A DNA stretch of 64,000 nt, taken from an uncultured Acidimicrobiia bacterium. Its GTDB lineage: Bacteria > Acidobacteriota > Terriglobia > Versatilivoradales > Versatilivoraceae. The notes beneath the pieces are model-generated. The model was not told the DNA's origin and made no database searches. It saw nothing but the letters and a program-made list of their open reading frames with translations. The DNA is taken from contig CAWBAT010000006.1 of assembly GCA_963786955.1 (NCBI GenBank), positions 192,001 through 256,000 of the forward strand, read 5' to 3'. Shown piece after piece: positions 46,284-57,411 of the stretch. Every line of letters begins with the position of its first letter. The stretch's first letter is position 1. The position numbers were made by a program, and so were the translations under genes.

Positions 46284-47816
46284 GTGAATGAGGAGTCTGA
46301 TTTGACTAAAAGCATCTCCCAATCTCAACTCGTCGTAAAGATCGTTTTCTTACGAATGCTTTTTCTGACCATCGCCCTGACTATGATTGAAATTTTACTA
46401 GCCTCTTCCTCCGCTGCAGATGTCATTTTTCTGAAAAACGGTAAAACGATTCCGACGGCTCGAACTTGGCAAGACACCAAGAAAATCTACTACGAAAAGG
46501 ATGGGAACGTTTACAGTTTTTCTAAGGATCTCGTTGAAAGGATCGACCCCACCCGCGATTTTCTACTAGAACAACCTGGACAGGCTTCTCCGAAGCCCCC
46601 GATTCGATCAATTCCGGTTGAGGTGCTGGACAAGACCATCGAAATTGGCTCATCTCTAGAAACCTCCTCTCGCTCCGGTGTTATTCAAGAAGGCGTTCTC
46701 AATCTGAAACTGCTTGAGGCCCTGCAGAGTCAGGCGCGCAAGAACGTGAGTGAACGCGAAATCCAAGCACAATATCGGAATGCACTCGTTGAAGTGATTA
46801 ATTGGCACTGGGGTCGAAATGAATGGAGTGCCGCAGAAGAGAGGCTTGACCAATACCTCCAGGTCGAACCGGAAAGCTTCGAGGCACGCCTATTAAAAGC
46901 GTCTATTTATGTGAAGAAGGGAGCATACAGACAGGCCGAAACGATCTTGCTCCAACTTGGGGTTAAGAACCCGGACTCAGCGGATCTCAATTACCTATTG
47001 GGTATGACCTACTACATGCAAGACAAGAATGAGGCTGCCTATCGGTATCTTAAAATGTCGCTTGCCTTTGGATTTCGCCCCGATGTGGATCAACTTTTGA
47101 AAAAAATTGAGAATGAGAACCGTACCGAAAATGAATACAAGCAGTCCAATAGCCTTCATTTTGTCGTACGCTACGAAGGTACGGATTCCAATCGAATGCT
47201 TTATCAAGACATTCTTAAGAGCCTCGAACAATCCTATCAGGAACTCGAACAATCACTCGACTATTCGCCGAAAGAGACTCTGGTCGTGGTTCTTTATCCA
47301 GATGAGGTTTTTCAGGATGTAACCAAGAGCCCGGGTTGGGTGGGGGCAATGAATGATGGGAAGATAAGATTCCCGACTAAAGGCCTAAGCCGGGTAGACC
47401 CATCCGTCCAAAGAATCCTGAAACATGAATTAACCCACTCTTTCATCCGAACTAAGGCGGGGGGAAATTGCCCATTGTGGCTGAACGAAGGCTTGGCCCA
47501 ATTCTTAAGCGGAGATTCAAGTCACCAATTTCGCCTGGTTGCGAAGCAAGCCCTGATCCAACAAAAACTGCCCTTACTATCCCAGCTCCATGGAACGTTT
47601 CTGGGCCTATCCTCTACTCAGGCCGCTTGGGTTTATCAGCAGTCATTGCTGGCTACCGAATATCTTGTCGAGACCTTCGGGTTATCTAACGTGGAAAAAC
47701 TCTTAGAAGTGACGAGTGCATCGGGAAGTTTTGAAGCCGCATTATCCCAGGTCCTTCGGCGCTCTTACCCTGAAATAGAAAAGGACTTCCAAGAATTCAT
47801 CCAAAAAGGAAATTAA
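46284..47816 (+). CDS. TPR-containing peptidase MA-family metalloprotease
   Basis: TPR repeats, then LKHELTH and PLWLNEGLAQF (gluzincin motifs). Confidence 0.85.
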   Translation: MNEESDLTKSISQSQLVVKIVFLRMLFLTIALTMIEILLASSSAADVIFLKNGKTIPTARTWQDTKKIYYEKDGNVYSFSKDLVERIDPTRDFLLEQPGQASPKPPIRSIPVEVLDKTIEIGSSLETSSRSGVIQEGVLNLKLLEALQSQARKNVSEREIQAQYRNALVEVINWHWGRNEWSAAEERLDQYLQVEPESFEARLLKASIYVKKGAYRQAETILLQLGVKNPDSADLNYLLGMTYYMQDKNEAAYRYLKMSLAFGFRPDVDQLLKKIENENRTENEYKQSNSLHFVVRYEGTDSNRMLYQDILKSLEQSYQELEQSLDYSPKETLVVVLYPDEVFQDVTKSPGWVGAMNDGKIRFPTKGLSRVDPSVQRILKHELTHSFIRTKAGGNCPLWLNEGLAQFLSGDSSHQFRLVAKQALIQQKLPLLSQLHGTFLGLSSTQAAWVYQQSLLATEYLVETFGLSNVEKLLEVTSASGSFEAALSQVLRRSYPEIEKDFQEFIQKGN

Positions 47817-47959
47817 ACTGGGGGGGCGAAACCCGCTCTGCCTGAGTAAAGGCCGTTTTGCTAAGCGTGCAATCCGCGCTGAAGTTGAGGTACTTTGCCG
47901 CGTTGAACTTTCCTCCGTACACGCACTCCGTCTTGCGCTGAAACGGTGTCCAGAGACCA

Positions 47960-48901
47960 TTACGGTGAGAGATTTTTCCGATACCATTCTACGGTTTGTT
48001 TCAGCCCGGCCGCAAAATCAACCAGGGGTGTATACTGAAGGTCATTGGCAGCTCGGGAAATATCGGCAAGCGAATGTTGAATATCCCCAACTCGGGGAGA
48101 AGCATAGTTTGCCGGGATGTCCGTTCCCAGGAGTTTGTTCAGGCTGCTGACAACTTGATTGAGCGTCACACTTCGACCGCAAGCAATGTTATACACCTTG
48201 CCTGCCACCCCTTTTGCTTGACAAGCCAGCAGATTCCCCCGGACCACATTGGCCACATAGGTGAAATCCCGGCTCTGCTCCCCATCACCCAGGATTGTCG
48301 GCGATTCTCCCCTCAACATTTCTGTGATGAAACGCGACAAAACCCCAGAATACTGGGAAGAGGGATCTTGCCGTGGACCAAAGACGTTGAAATAACGAAG
48401 GGATACCGTTTCCAGCCCATAAAGCGAGTTGAATAGCCGACCATACTCTTCTCCGGCGTACTTCATCAAACCGTACGGAGAAATGGGTTTGGCTGGCAAA
48501 TCTTCTCTTTTGGGGAGTACCTCGCTATCGCCATAAACAGAGGACGAGCCAGCATTAATGACTCGTTTGACTCCCGCTTGTTTGGCAGCCCAAAGAACAT
48601 GTAAAGTCCCCGTAAGATCTGCATTGTGGGACGCAATCGGGTCTAAAATCGATTTCGGAACTGAAGGGATGGCGGCCTGATGAAATACAAACTGCACCCC
48701 TTTCATGGCAACTTTCAAGTCACTGAGGTTGCAAATGTCCAGTTCCAAAAACTCGATTTTGTTTTTGAAGGTTTCCAAGTTCTCTCGTTTCCCGGTGGCG
48801 AGATTATCCAACACACGAACTCTGGCGTTTTGCTTCAGCAGTTCCTCAACAATATTGGATCCGATGAAGCCGGCACCACCCGTGACCAGATACAACGACA
48901 T
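47960..48901 (-). CDS. NAD-dependent sugar epimerase (GalE/WbpP-like SDR)
   Basis: [45 protein letters not shown]. Confidence 0.93.
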   Translation of the reverse strand: MSLYLVTGGAGFIGSNIVEELLKQNARVRVLDNLATGKRENLETFKNKIEFLELDICNLSDLKVAMKGVQFVFHQAAIPSVPKSILDPIASHNADLTGTLHVLWAAKQAGVKRVINAGSSSVYGDSEVLPKREDLPAKPISPYGLMKYAGEEYGRLFNSLYGLETVSLRYFNVFGPRQDPSSQYSGVLSRFITEMLRGESPTILGDGEQSRDFTYVANVVRGNLLACQAKGVAGKVYNIACGRSVTLNQVVSSLNKLLGTDIPANYASPRVGDIQHSLADISRAANDLQYTPLVDFAAGLKQTVEWYRKNLSP

Positions 48902-49115
48902 GATCGATGACTCCTTTGAGTAAACAACATTGCCTCCCCGATTAAAGCGAAGAGACTGACCTATAAACAACGGGTGATTACACCATAACCATAAATTAAT
49001 TCCAAATCCAATATCCCCCGTCGAATTTTCACTCGATCTAATCCAGCACACTCAGTTGCCGATAAAACAGTTGATTAGCTTCGTAATCATTCATTAGCAA
49101 AGAAGTCAACTCCAT

Positions 49116-50691
49116 ATGATAGGCGAAATTAAGTCCCGCTCTGTTACCGAACCACTCAAAGCGATCTACCTCAAGAAACTAACGGGCACACTCGTTGTGT
49201 CTAATCACACCGTCGTCAAAGAATTGCTTTTCGATAAGGGGCTATTTGCTGGTGCCTTGAGCACGGATCCGTCTGAGGAATTGGGTGAATGGCTTGTCTG
49301 CGATTGGAAAGCTCAGCCCTTCAGACCTGGACGCCGCGGTGCTTACCGACCCCTCGCGGCAGTTGCTGGGCCAAGTCCTGGTCGAAATGCAACTTCTAAA
49401 CGAGAGTCAAATTGCAGAGTTTCAAGCACTTCAATCTCAGGAGATTTTTTGTTCGATCTTCAATTGGGAAAGTGGCCAATTCGAATTCAAAGAAGGGAAC
49501 ATTTTCCTCGACGAAAGCCAAAGGTTGTCGTTGCCTATCCCCAACTTGATATTTCAAGCGATCCAACGAACAACCTCCCCCGAAGCCATACATCGCGGGT
49601 TGAAAGGGGTTAACCAACTGATCCGGTTGAGCGCGGAAGCAGAAACACGGGCAGGTGAAATCGACTTAACGCCTGAGGAAGGGTTCATATTGAGTCGGAT
49701 CGACGCTTCGACTTCTATTGCTGAAATCATGCAGCTATCCCCGTTAGGATTGGAGAAGACCGAACGCGCACTCTACGGCTTTATCTCGGCTGGAATTGTT
49801 GAATTTGTCACCCAGAACGACACCGCTTCTGAGAAGTTGACTCCGCCTGCAAGAGGAAACTATCGATCGACGGAGCCGCCACCGGCGCCGTCCCCTGTGG
49901 AAAACACGGAGGGCCAGCTCTCCACAAAGGAAATCGATGAGATCAAGTCGGATGTATTCTTGATGCTGGATGCCGCTAAGTCCAAAAATTATTACGATTT
50001 TCTCAATGTCGAGTCTTCAGCCGGTATCGATGAGATCAAGAAGTCGTATTATGGATTGGCGAAGAGATTCCACCCCGACCGTTATCATCATTCAACAAAA
50101 GGGGAAGTTAAAGAAGCTCTAGAGATCATTTTCTCCACCCTGTCTCAAGCCTATGAAACCCTGAAAGTACCTGCGACGCGGTCCAGCTATGACGCCAAAA
50201 TATTCAAATTGGATTCTCCGAACCCTACTTCGGAAAAGCAGGCACCTTCTGGATCTTCGGCAGCAGGCCCAGGCCAACAAAAATTGGCGGAGCTAAATTA
50301 TCGTCAGGGGCGAGGCTATTTCGAACAGGAGGACTACTGGAATTCGGTCCAAGCCTTCCGTCAGTCTGTTCGCCTTGAACCCAGCAACCCGCGCTACCGC
50401 TACTGGCTGGCAATGGCGCTTGCAAAAAACCCGAAATGGCGGCGAGAGGCCGAAGAACACTTCCTGAAAGCTATCGAAATCGACCAATTTAAGGCCGAAT
50501 ACTGCGCGGGTCTTGGAGCTCTTTATAAGGAAGTGGGAATGCTTAAACGCGCCCAAAGTCAGTTCAATCGAGCTCTCCAACTTGAACCCGACAACCAGGC
50601 GGCATTGGAAGGCTTACACTCCCTACCAGAAACTGGGAAGAAGAAGTCGGGGCTGACAGCTTTGAAAAAACTTTTTCGTGTTAAAAAGTAG
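49116..50691 (+). CDS. DUF4388-like + DnaJ + TPR protein; frameshift near 49300
   Basis: IFNWESGQFEF; NYYDFLNV..IKKSYY.LAKRFHPD (J-domain HPD); C-terminal TPRs. Confidence 0.85.
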
Positions 50692-51216
50692 AGCAGGCCG
50701 ATAAGCCGAATTCTGTTTCCGGTCCCTTTCCACTGGAAAGGGGTTCCGGACGGTAGTCATTCCTCTAATCTGAAAGTCACCCTTCAGATCCAGCATCCTA
50801 CCCGGATGTCAAACGGCGCGGGTCACGCCTTCATCCCTATTTGGATTTGCTCCGTGTGGGGTTTGCCAGGCTTATCTATTACTAGATAACCGGTGCGCTC
50901 TTACCGCACCATTTCACCCTTACCCCTGAGAAGCAGAAGGCAGAGAACAGAAGGCAGTAGGCGGAACGCAGAAAGCAGTGATTAGAATTGAACTTTGACA
51001 ATCTCTGCCTGCTGCTCGCTGCCTACTCTTTTCTGCCTTCTGCTTCTCAGGGGCGGTATATTTTCTTTTGCACTTTCCGTACTTGTCGGCACATTCACCC
51101 CTTAAGGCTTCTGTCCCTTCAAGCCCCCCGTGTTACGGGGCACACCACCCTGCGGAGTTCGGACTTTCCTCCCGCCCGACCCAGAAGGGTCGAGCCGGCG
51201 ACCACCTGACCTGCTC
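50691..51216 (-). ncRNA. rnpB: RNase P RNA (type A) with extended P12
   Basis: Minus strand has GGGAGGAAAGUCCGAACUCC, GGAAAGUGCAAAAGAAAAUAUACCGCC, AAGGGUGAAAUGGUGCGGUAAGAGCGCACC, GGCAAACCCCAC..GGAGCAA, ACAGAAUUCGGCUUAU; P1 GAGCAGGUC/GGCCUGCUC. Confidence 0.97.
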
Positions 51217-51222
51217 CGCAAG

Positions 51223-51228
51223 ATTATA
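51223..51228 (-). promoter_or_regulatory. -10 box of rnpB
   Basis: Perfect TATAAT 6 nt upstream of the P1 5' end; no clear -35. Confidence 0.6.
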
Positions 51229-51396
51229 GCCAGAGTGGGGGGCAATAAACCAGATAAGATAACAAACGGGCAATGGAGCAACGCTATCCATCCCCGATCC
51301 TATTGACTCTCGGCATTCGGAAACTGAAAAAAAAAGGCGGGCTATCCCTGACAGAGCCGACGGCAACCCATAGTGGGATTCTGATGGCCGCTTGGA

Positions 51397-51534
51397 CACG
51401 GGTTTCTCACCAATAGCGTGGCATGAGGGCATGCCGCTTACAACCTCTGAAGGCATGAAGCCTTCTCTATGCCTCATCCTACGGGGCAAACTAGACCCCT
51501 CAATCGGTTTCTCCCCGGTGGTGAGCAATCCGCA
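51397..51534. mobile_element. Degenerate 138-bp MITE-like element, homologous to 60326-60460
   Basis: Ends cacgggtttctcacca / gtggtgagcaatccgca; internal GTGGCATG-aggg-CATGCCGC hairpin followed by TTACAAC. Confidence 0.6.
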
Positions 51535-51573
51535 TAAACCATACCATCATGACCCGGGCCTTACTTAATTTCC

Positions 51574-52824
51574 TCATTGCTCTTTTCCCTGATTCCAGTA
51601 GATTTTCAGATTGTGGGATGCCCTTCCCGAAGCAATAATCTCCGGGAAACCATCTCCATTAAGATCGGCGACAGTCAAGTCTTCGCAGGCCATGCCCCCT
51701 TCATCCACCATAGACTTACGACCCGCATTCCAGTTTTCGTCAACGGGATCGTAGATGGCCACCCCATAACTGCTGCCTCGCTGGGTTCACGCCATCCGAC
51801 GACGATCTCTTCATCCCCATCGTCGTCCATATCAGCACACCACAGAGCGTGTCCCTGCTTCAATTTTGAATCCAGCACTTTCCGCTCCCAGAGGTCTTCC
51901 TTTTCAGTAGGCGGAAGGTAGACTACAACTTGATTGCCGTGCCAAGGTTCAATCGTGGCGATATAGATTCGACCACTCCGGAACCGTCCTATCTTAACTT
52001 CTCCCGCACCAATATCCCCTTTTTCTTCGGTATTCCCCTCGCCGATTTGGGTTTTTATCCATTTCCCTGCCGACTCCTTCCCAAATAAAAAGACTCCTTC
52101 AAGGCTAGCCGTCAAGATCTCTTCCGCCGGGTCAGAATCGAAGTTGACGGTTACAAAATTATGGAGGCTGTGTAACGAACTATCGATGACTTCCTCTTTC
52201 CAATGATCGACCGAAGGGTCTAGGAGGGACTTGAAAGCCCATCAGGCGAACCCCATTCCCTTTTGCCCAATTTGGGGGTTTGGTCCCCCTCCCCTGCAGC
52301 GGTGCGACAATCAATTCTTTGCGACCATCCCCGTCACAGTCCGCCCAGCGGATTCGATGCAACGTCGGTTCGGACCCAATCGGAAATACGGGCCAGGGTT
52401 CATTGAGATTCTTAGGTTGCTTAAGCCATTGGAGGGTTCCACCCGTTTCCGTATTGGTCGCCATCCACTCCGCCCCCAAGGCCACATCTAGGCGGCCATC
52501 CCCATCAATATCGTGGACTGCAAGGCAGACATTGAATTTCTTGGTGACTCCATCAATCATGATATGTTTCTTCCAGCTCGGGTTTTCAAACCAAACCACT
52601 TGAGTCTCGTTTATCGCGACAATGTCGAGCTTACCATCCCGATTGATGTCTGCCGTCGCCACGGCATACCCCAATCCAAAATTGCCGTCGACAATTTGTG
52701 AGACGAATTTAGGGAAGAATACGTCAGTTGCTGAACGAGCGGTGCTAGTCAGCCATCCCGTTACCAACACTACCATTACTGAAATCAACGTGAATAAATT
52801 TGCATTGAAAGTTGTTTTTCTCAC
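51574..52824 (-). CDS. Secreted FG-GAP/VCBS-repeat beta-propeller protein; frameshift near 52220
   Basis: Signal peptide; DINRDGKLDI, DIDGDGRLDV, DCDGDGRKEL, DMDDDGDEEI, DLNGDGFPEI. Confidence 0.88.
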
Positions 52825-54889
52825 CAGATGTAATCCTTTGCGATTGGCCGCTTGTCATGTCCGTCAAGAATATGGACCACGCGGATTTTTTTGAGGCTGA
52901 TGGGAGACAGTTGACCAATCGGAATATAGATAATTTTTTTTCCCAGTCGCGAGGCACTAGCCCTAAAAATCGTTCGGGGCGGTTGGGCGGCAACATAAAC
53001 GACAAATTTTTCTAACGTATAATCCAGGGCCGCCATTAACAGTGTCTCCGGCTTGGATTCCGCAAACAGGTAATCAGGATCTTGCCAGACATCCATCATG
53101 CGACGCGGTGGGAAAGACAACAAGAACCCCCCGTATTCGGCCCGCACAATCCCTGGCCCGACAATTTGGTTGTATGGATCGGTCGAATAAAACGCCATGT
53201 CGGATTCCTGATTGTGCTCTCCCAGCCAAGTCATACACCAGGGATACCGGTTCTCACGGTCTTCATCAAAAATGACAACGACGGCCCCTACTTCCCCAGA
53301 GACCCGCTGGAACTGTCGGACATAGAGCCTGCCTTCATGCCAGTTCCGCAACGTTTCACGGATGTCAATTCCATCCAGTAAGGACGTGGAAAAGGGTTCA
53401 CTATGGATTCTTTCTTCGGAGAGGACACTCTTCCCCTTCTTCTTGAGAAAGAGCCCGTAATTTTCTAAAACAATGTCCTCCGGAGGATAGGAGCAGATTC
53501 CTTTGCCCTCAAACTGTTGAGCCCATTCGCCGGGTACTTTTTCTTTTTTTCTTCCGCGCAACCCCATGGGACGAGGTCTCGATTTGGCTCGCGGCAAACG
53601 CCGACGCAAGCGAATCCGCTTCATGTTTACCCAAATTTCTTCGCCCGAGACGTTGACAGTCATCAGATCAGAATTTTCCTTCTGAAATGGGCTGGAGGAA
53701 GCCAGTTGCCAAAGTTCCCAAGCAAAATTGTCGTCCACGATGGCCCGCGCGGCTACCGTTTGGTCAAATAAAGTTGCGATCAAGTTCTGGTCTACTAGCG
53801 CCAAATTCCTGCAATAGCGAGAGAAGAAACTTCGCTGCCAGTGAGCCAATTTTTCTCCTGTTGATTTCCCGTAGAGCTTTTCAGCCTCTGCAAATAGGCG
53901 AAAATTCATGCGCTGTCGGTCCATCAGGCGAAACTGTTCAGGCCGTGTCGAAATTTCAAATTCCGGCCCGTCGTTGGCCGCATTACTTGGAGTAGCTCAT
54001 GGGCTCTTTCTCTGCCTGATCTTTCGCAGCGTCGCGGGTCGATGCATGAGACAACCAATTCACATGGCGTGCCATATGTCGCACCACATACTCCAACTCG
54101 CGGCGAGGCGTCTTCGACACTGGCGGTGAGAATCGTGAATGGGCCATGCTCTTTGATCGTTCCTCCCTCCCCTTCTGGATCCTCGGCAGGCAAACCATAG
54201 CGACGGACTTCGTAAACCGCCTGCAAGAGTGGGTATTCAAGCACCACTTCCGCCAGACAGTCAGGGTGGAGATTGAGCAACTTGTATTTCTTCGCGCCGT
54301 GACCGGAGGAGCGGTTCAGCTTGCGGATGTTCCATCGCCATCCATCACGGGGTCGAGAAGATTCAGTGAAATGACGACCAAGACTCGTGCGGTCGGGTCG
54401 CAGCTCTGCAGCTTCCAGGCAATCCCTGCCGCATGTCGCTTCAATTCGAAGCTGCTTTTTTGCGGGTAGAGACGATAAACATCGACATATTTCTCAGAAC
54501 CGAGGCGTCGAATGGCATAACTATCCGGGTAGAGATCCTTGAGATGTGGTCGTTCGCCCACGTCTGGATCCACAAAAAAAATCTCCGCGCCAATTTCTTG
54601 GGCACTGCGAATCGCTTCTATGAACGGGTCCGTAATTTCAATGGGAATGTAAACCGATTCATCTTTCTTGGCCTCTGAGTAGGTGATGATGGATAACTCA
54701 GGGAGGCGCTCAATGGCCCGCAGAAAAGCCCACTCCAACGTGGCCGGCAATTCAACGGCGACGACCTGGGGTCGTTCTTTCAGGATGGTTTTGCGGACCT
54801 CTTCGGCAAACTCCATTTTCCCCGGGTACGACCGGCAAATATTGCAGACGTCCTCCTCGCAGACTGGCCGAATCGTTATCGCAGAACAT
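52821..54889 (-). CDS. Conserved hypothetical ~680-aa protein coupled to the MoxR ATPase; frameshifted
   Basis: Contiguous fragments LPVVPG.MEFAEEVR..VAVELP / CLAEV..EYP / GICSYPPED..DGIDIRETLRNW..WLGEHNQESDMAFY; overlaps both neighbours. Confidence 0.75.
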
Positions 54890-55724
54890 AGCGTAAAGCC
54901 TCTTCACCCAAGGTTTGGAGAATTGCGGTCCGCATGGCATCCTTCCAGTCGCTTCTTGCCTTTATCTCGATAAGTTTTAGGGCAAAGCGGGCCATGTTGA
55001 TTCCGTCGCGCACGGTGTACCGTTCGTCCGCTTCGTGGGCCGCTTGCAGAAAATCCGTCACGTAATCCAGAACCTGATCCTCCGCAAAAGGGAGGTTTTC
55101 CTTTAAGATTAAGAGTTCCTCTTCCCGCTCGGGAAAGTCCAACAGAATTTGCGGTTGCAATCGCGAATGAATGTATTCCGGCAATTCGAATGTGGAAGCA
55201 TCGTCGTTCATCGTGGCCACCATGCGGAAATTGGGATGCGCATAGATCTTAATGCCGGCGACAATCGACTCCACATACCGGCGTGTATCGAGAAGTGGTG
55301 CCAGGCTGGCCCAACTCTTTTCACTCATCCGATTTCCTTCGTCTAATATCGCAATCCCGCCCCGGATCATCGCCGTGACCAGAGGAGACCCGACATAGCG
55401 TAGCTTCCCTCCGGATTCCACGACAGGAGTCACTAATAGATCCTCTGGCCGTGTATCCATGGTGGATTGCATGATATAAACCTCACGCCCCATTTGCTTG
55501 GCCACAGCGTAAGCTAAAGTTGTCTTTCCGACGCCAGGTTTCCCGAGAAGGCGGGGATTCATGGGTACATCTTTGGGATCCACAATCATCCATGCCGCCA
55601 TTAGCTGTTTGATTAATTCCTCTTGGCCAACCCAACGAATTTGTAATTCGTCAGGGTGAGCCAGGAAAATGGTCACGTTATCGATGATGACGCTGCGTTG
55701 CGTCGGAGGAGTCTCAATCTTCAT
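54876..55724 (-). CDS. MoxR-family (AAA_5) ATPase
   Basis: GKPGVGKTT, AILDEGNR, ATMN, SRL arginine finger. Confidence 0.9.
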   Translation of the reverse strand: MKIETPPTQRSVIIDNVTIFLAHPDELQIRWVGQEELIKQLMAAWMIVDPKDVPMNPRLLGKPGVGKTTLAYAVAKQMGREVYIMQSTMDTRPEDLLVTPVVESGGKLRYVGSPLVTAMIRGGIAILDEGNRMSEKSWASLAPLLDTRRYVESIVAGIKIYAHPNFRMVATMNDDASTFELPEYIHSRLQPQILLDFPEREEELLILKENLPFAEDQVLDYVTDFLQAAHEADERYTVRDGINMARFALKLIEIKARSDWKDAMRTAILQTLGEEALRYVLR

Positions 55725-56039
55725 ATATGATTCCTAATCTTGCATGCCAGAAGTTGTTGCATTCATAATTCTTGGGGAGCGCCGGAAAGAATGGATAAGC
55801 CATTCATCTCGCAAAGCCCCTTTATCCCGGCAATAATCATCAGCAGGTAGAGTTGTTAATATCCATTCAAATACGCCTTATTAAACCATATCCCTCTGCA
55901 TCGTCACCAGGTTTTGTCAAAAGTCGAGGAATCGTCAATTCCTCTCACGCGACGGTTAAGAATCAATCTTACCGATGAAATGGCTACTGCATCCTGTAAT
56001 TGCTAACTTGTCTTTTGAATCTTTTTGCAGCGGTATCCC

Positions 56040-56320
56040 TGGACTGACGATTCCTGACCACTATTGACATGGATGCTGATATTGTTTATGTGAGTCTAAC
56101 GGCAAAAGGACTTCGTCCCGATATAATGGCAGTGAAGCGGGCACGGGCGATGGAATCACACATCAGACAACACAATGAGCTTATTGTAGTTGTAATGAAA
56201 AAGAAGAACGATATTATAAGAATTAATCGTAATTCCGAGTCGGTGATTAAGGCGGGCGACGGTTTTACCGCGCTGGACGACGCCGCAAGTCTCCGCTGCA
56301 TGGAAGAGAGTCCCGGTTGA
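56040..56320 (+). pseudogene. Internally deleted relic of a TrkA-N/TrkA-C (RCK) potassium-channel gene
   Basis: DADIVYVSLTAKGLRPDIMAVKRA (end of TrkA-N) joins directly to IRQHNELIVVVMKK..IN..SESVIKAGD (TrkA-C). Confidence 0.55.
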
Positions 56321-56331
56321 GGAGAAGGGAT

Positions 56332-57209
56332 ATGGAGAGCACAAAGAGATTTTTGCTGGGCCTGGCTGTGGGATTGTTTTTCATGCAGCTTTGTGCCTAC
56401 TCACAAAATCTCGCTGACATGGCTCAACAAGAGAAAGAGAAACGTGCCAAACAAAATAAGAGTTCGAAGACTTATACCAATGAGGACTTGCTCATTTACA
56501 ACCGTGACGAAGCTCCCACCTCAGGAAACTCTGCGCTGCAAAACGTAACCTCTTCGAAGCCAAGAAGTCCTCTTGCCGGGCCTTCAGATAACGACGAACG
56601 CGCCTGGAGCAAGCGATTCATCGAAGCTAAAGAGAAAATTGCGCAACTGAAGCAACTGGGGGAATCGCTCCAAACGAGGCTCAACGGATTCAGTACGAAA
56701 TTGCTGATGCAATCGGATGTATTCGATCGAGAACATCTCTACCCGCAGTTGGTGACACAAACCGAAGAACAGATCAAAAAGAACAAAGCCGATCTTAGCG
56801 AAGCCGAGCAGAAACTTGAAGATTTACGAGACGCCTTGCGAAAGAGCGGTAACCCACGATCCTGGGAAGATTCTCAGGCAGCCCTAAAGCCTTTACCAGA
56901 AACCGAGAAGAAAGGTCCCCCCCCAAAAAAGGACCAGAAATACTGGCAGGAGCAGTTGGCCTTAATCGACAAACGCTATGATGATTTAATTACCCCACTT
57001 GAAGACGAGCGATTTCAAATGATCCATCGTGTTCCCCCTAAGGAAGGCCAGCCTGTTGCCCAGACCGGGTTTCTCGGATTGGGAGCTCCCCCTTGGTCAA
57101 TGAGCTCGATGGGAAAATCAAAGATCTTAACCAGAAACGCGAGCAGGAAAAAAAGGAACTAGTGGATCAAGCCATGCATGAAGGCGCATTGCCCGGCTGG
57201 TTCCGATAA
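56332..57209 (+). CDS. Secreted coiled-coil hypothetical protein; frameshift near 57090
   Basis: Signal peptide, QNLADMAQQEK..KTYTNEDL, two helical repeats ending GNPRSW and GALPGWFR. Confidence 0.75.
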
Positions 57210-57239
57210 TTCCCGTGAGCGCGGGCGCCCCACCAGCCT

Positions 57240-57329
57240 GTAGCAACAAGCCTCCCGGCCTATTATCCGGCTGTAGCCGGCCTCGCTGAGGCCGGCATTG
57301 GTCCGGGGCCAACGGCCCCGGCTACAACG
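57240..57329. repeat. GTAG-family REP cluster / REPIN
   Basis: GTAGCAACAAGCCTCCCGGCCT, then GTAGCCGGCCTC-gct-GAGGCCGGC...CCGGGGCC-aac-GGCCCCGGCTAC. Confidence 0.8.
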
Positions 57330-57411
57330 TCATCTTTCCTATAACGCCAAGCGTGGACGCCTGTCGCCACTGGCGGGCAAGCATGCCTGCGTACGGCTTT
57401 ACCGTTTTTAT

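Noticed and set aside
50988-51528. Short ORFs overlapping rnpB and the adjacent MITE
   Set aside because: Shadow ORFs over an RNA gene and repeat DNA.
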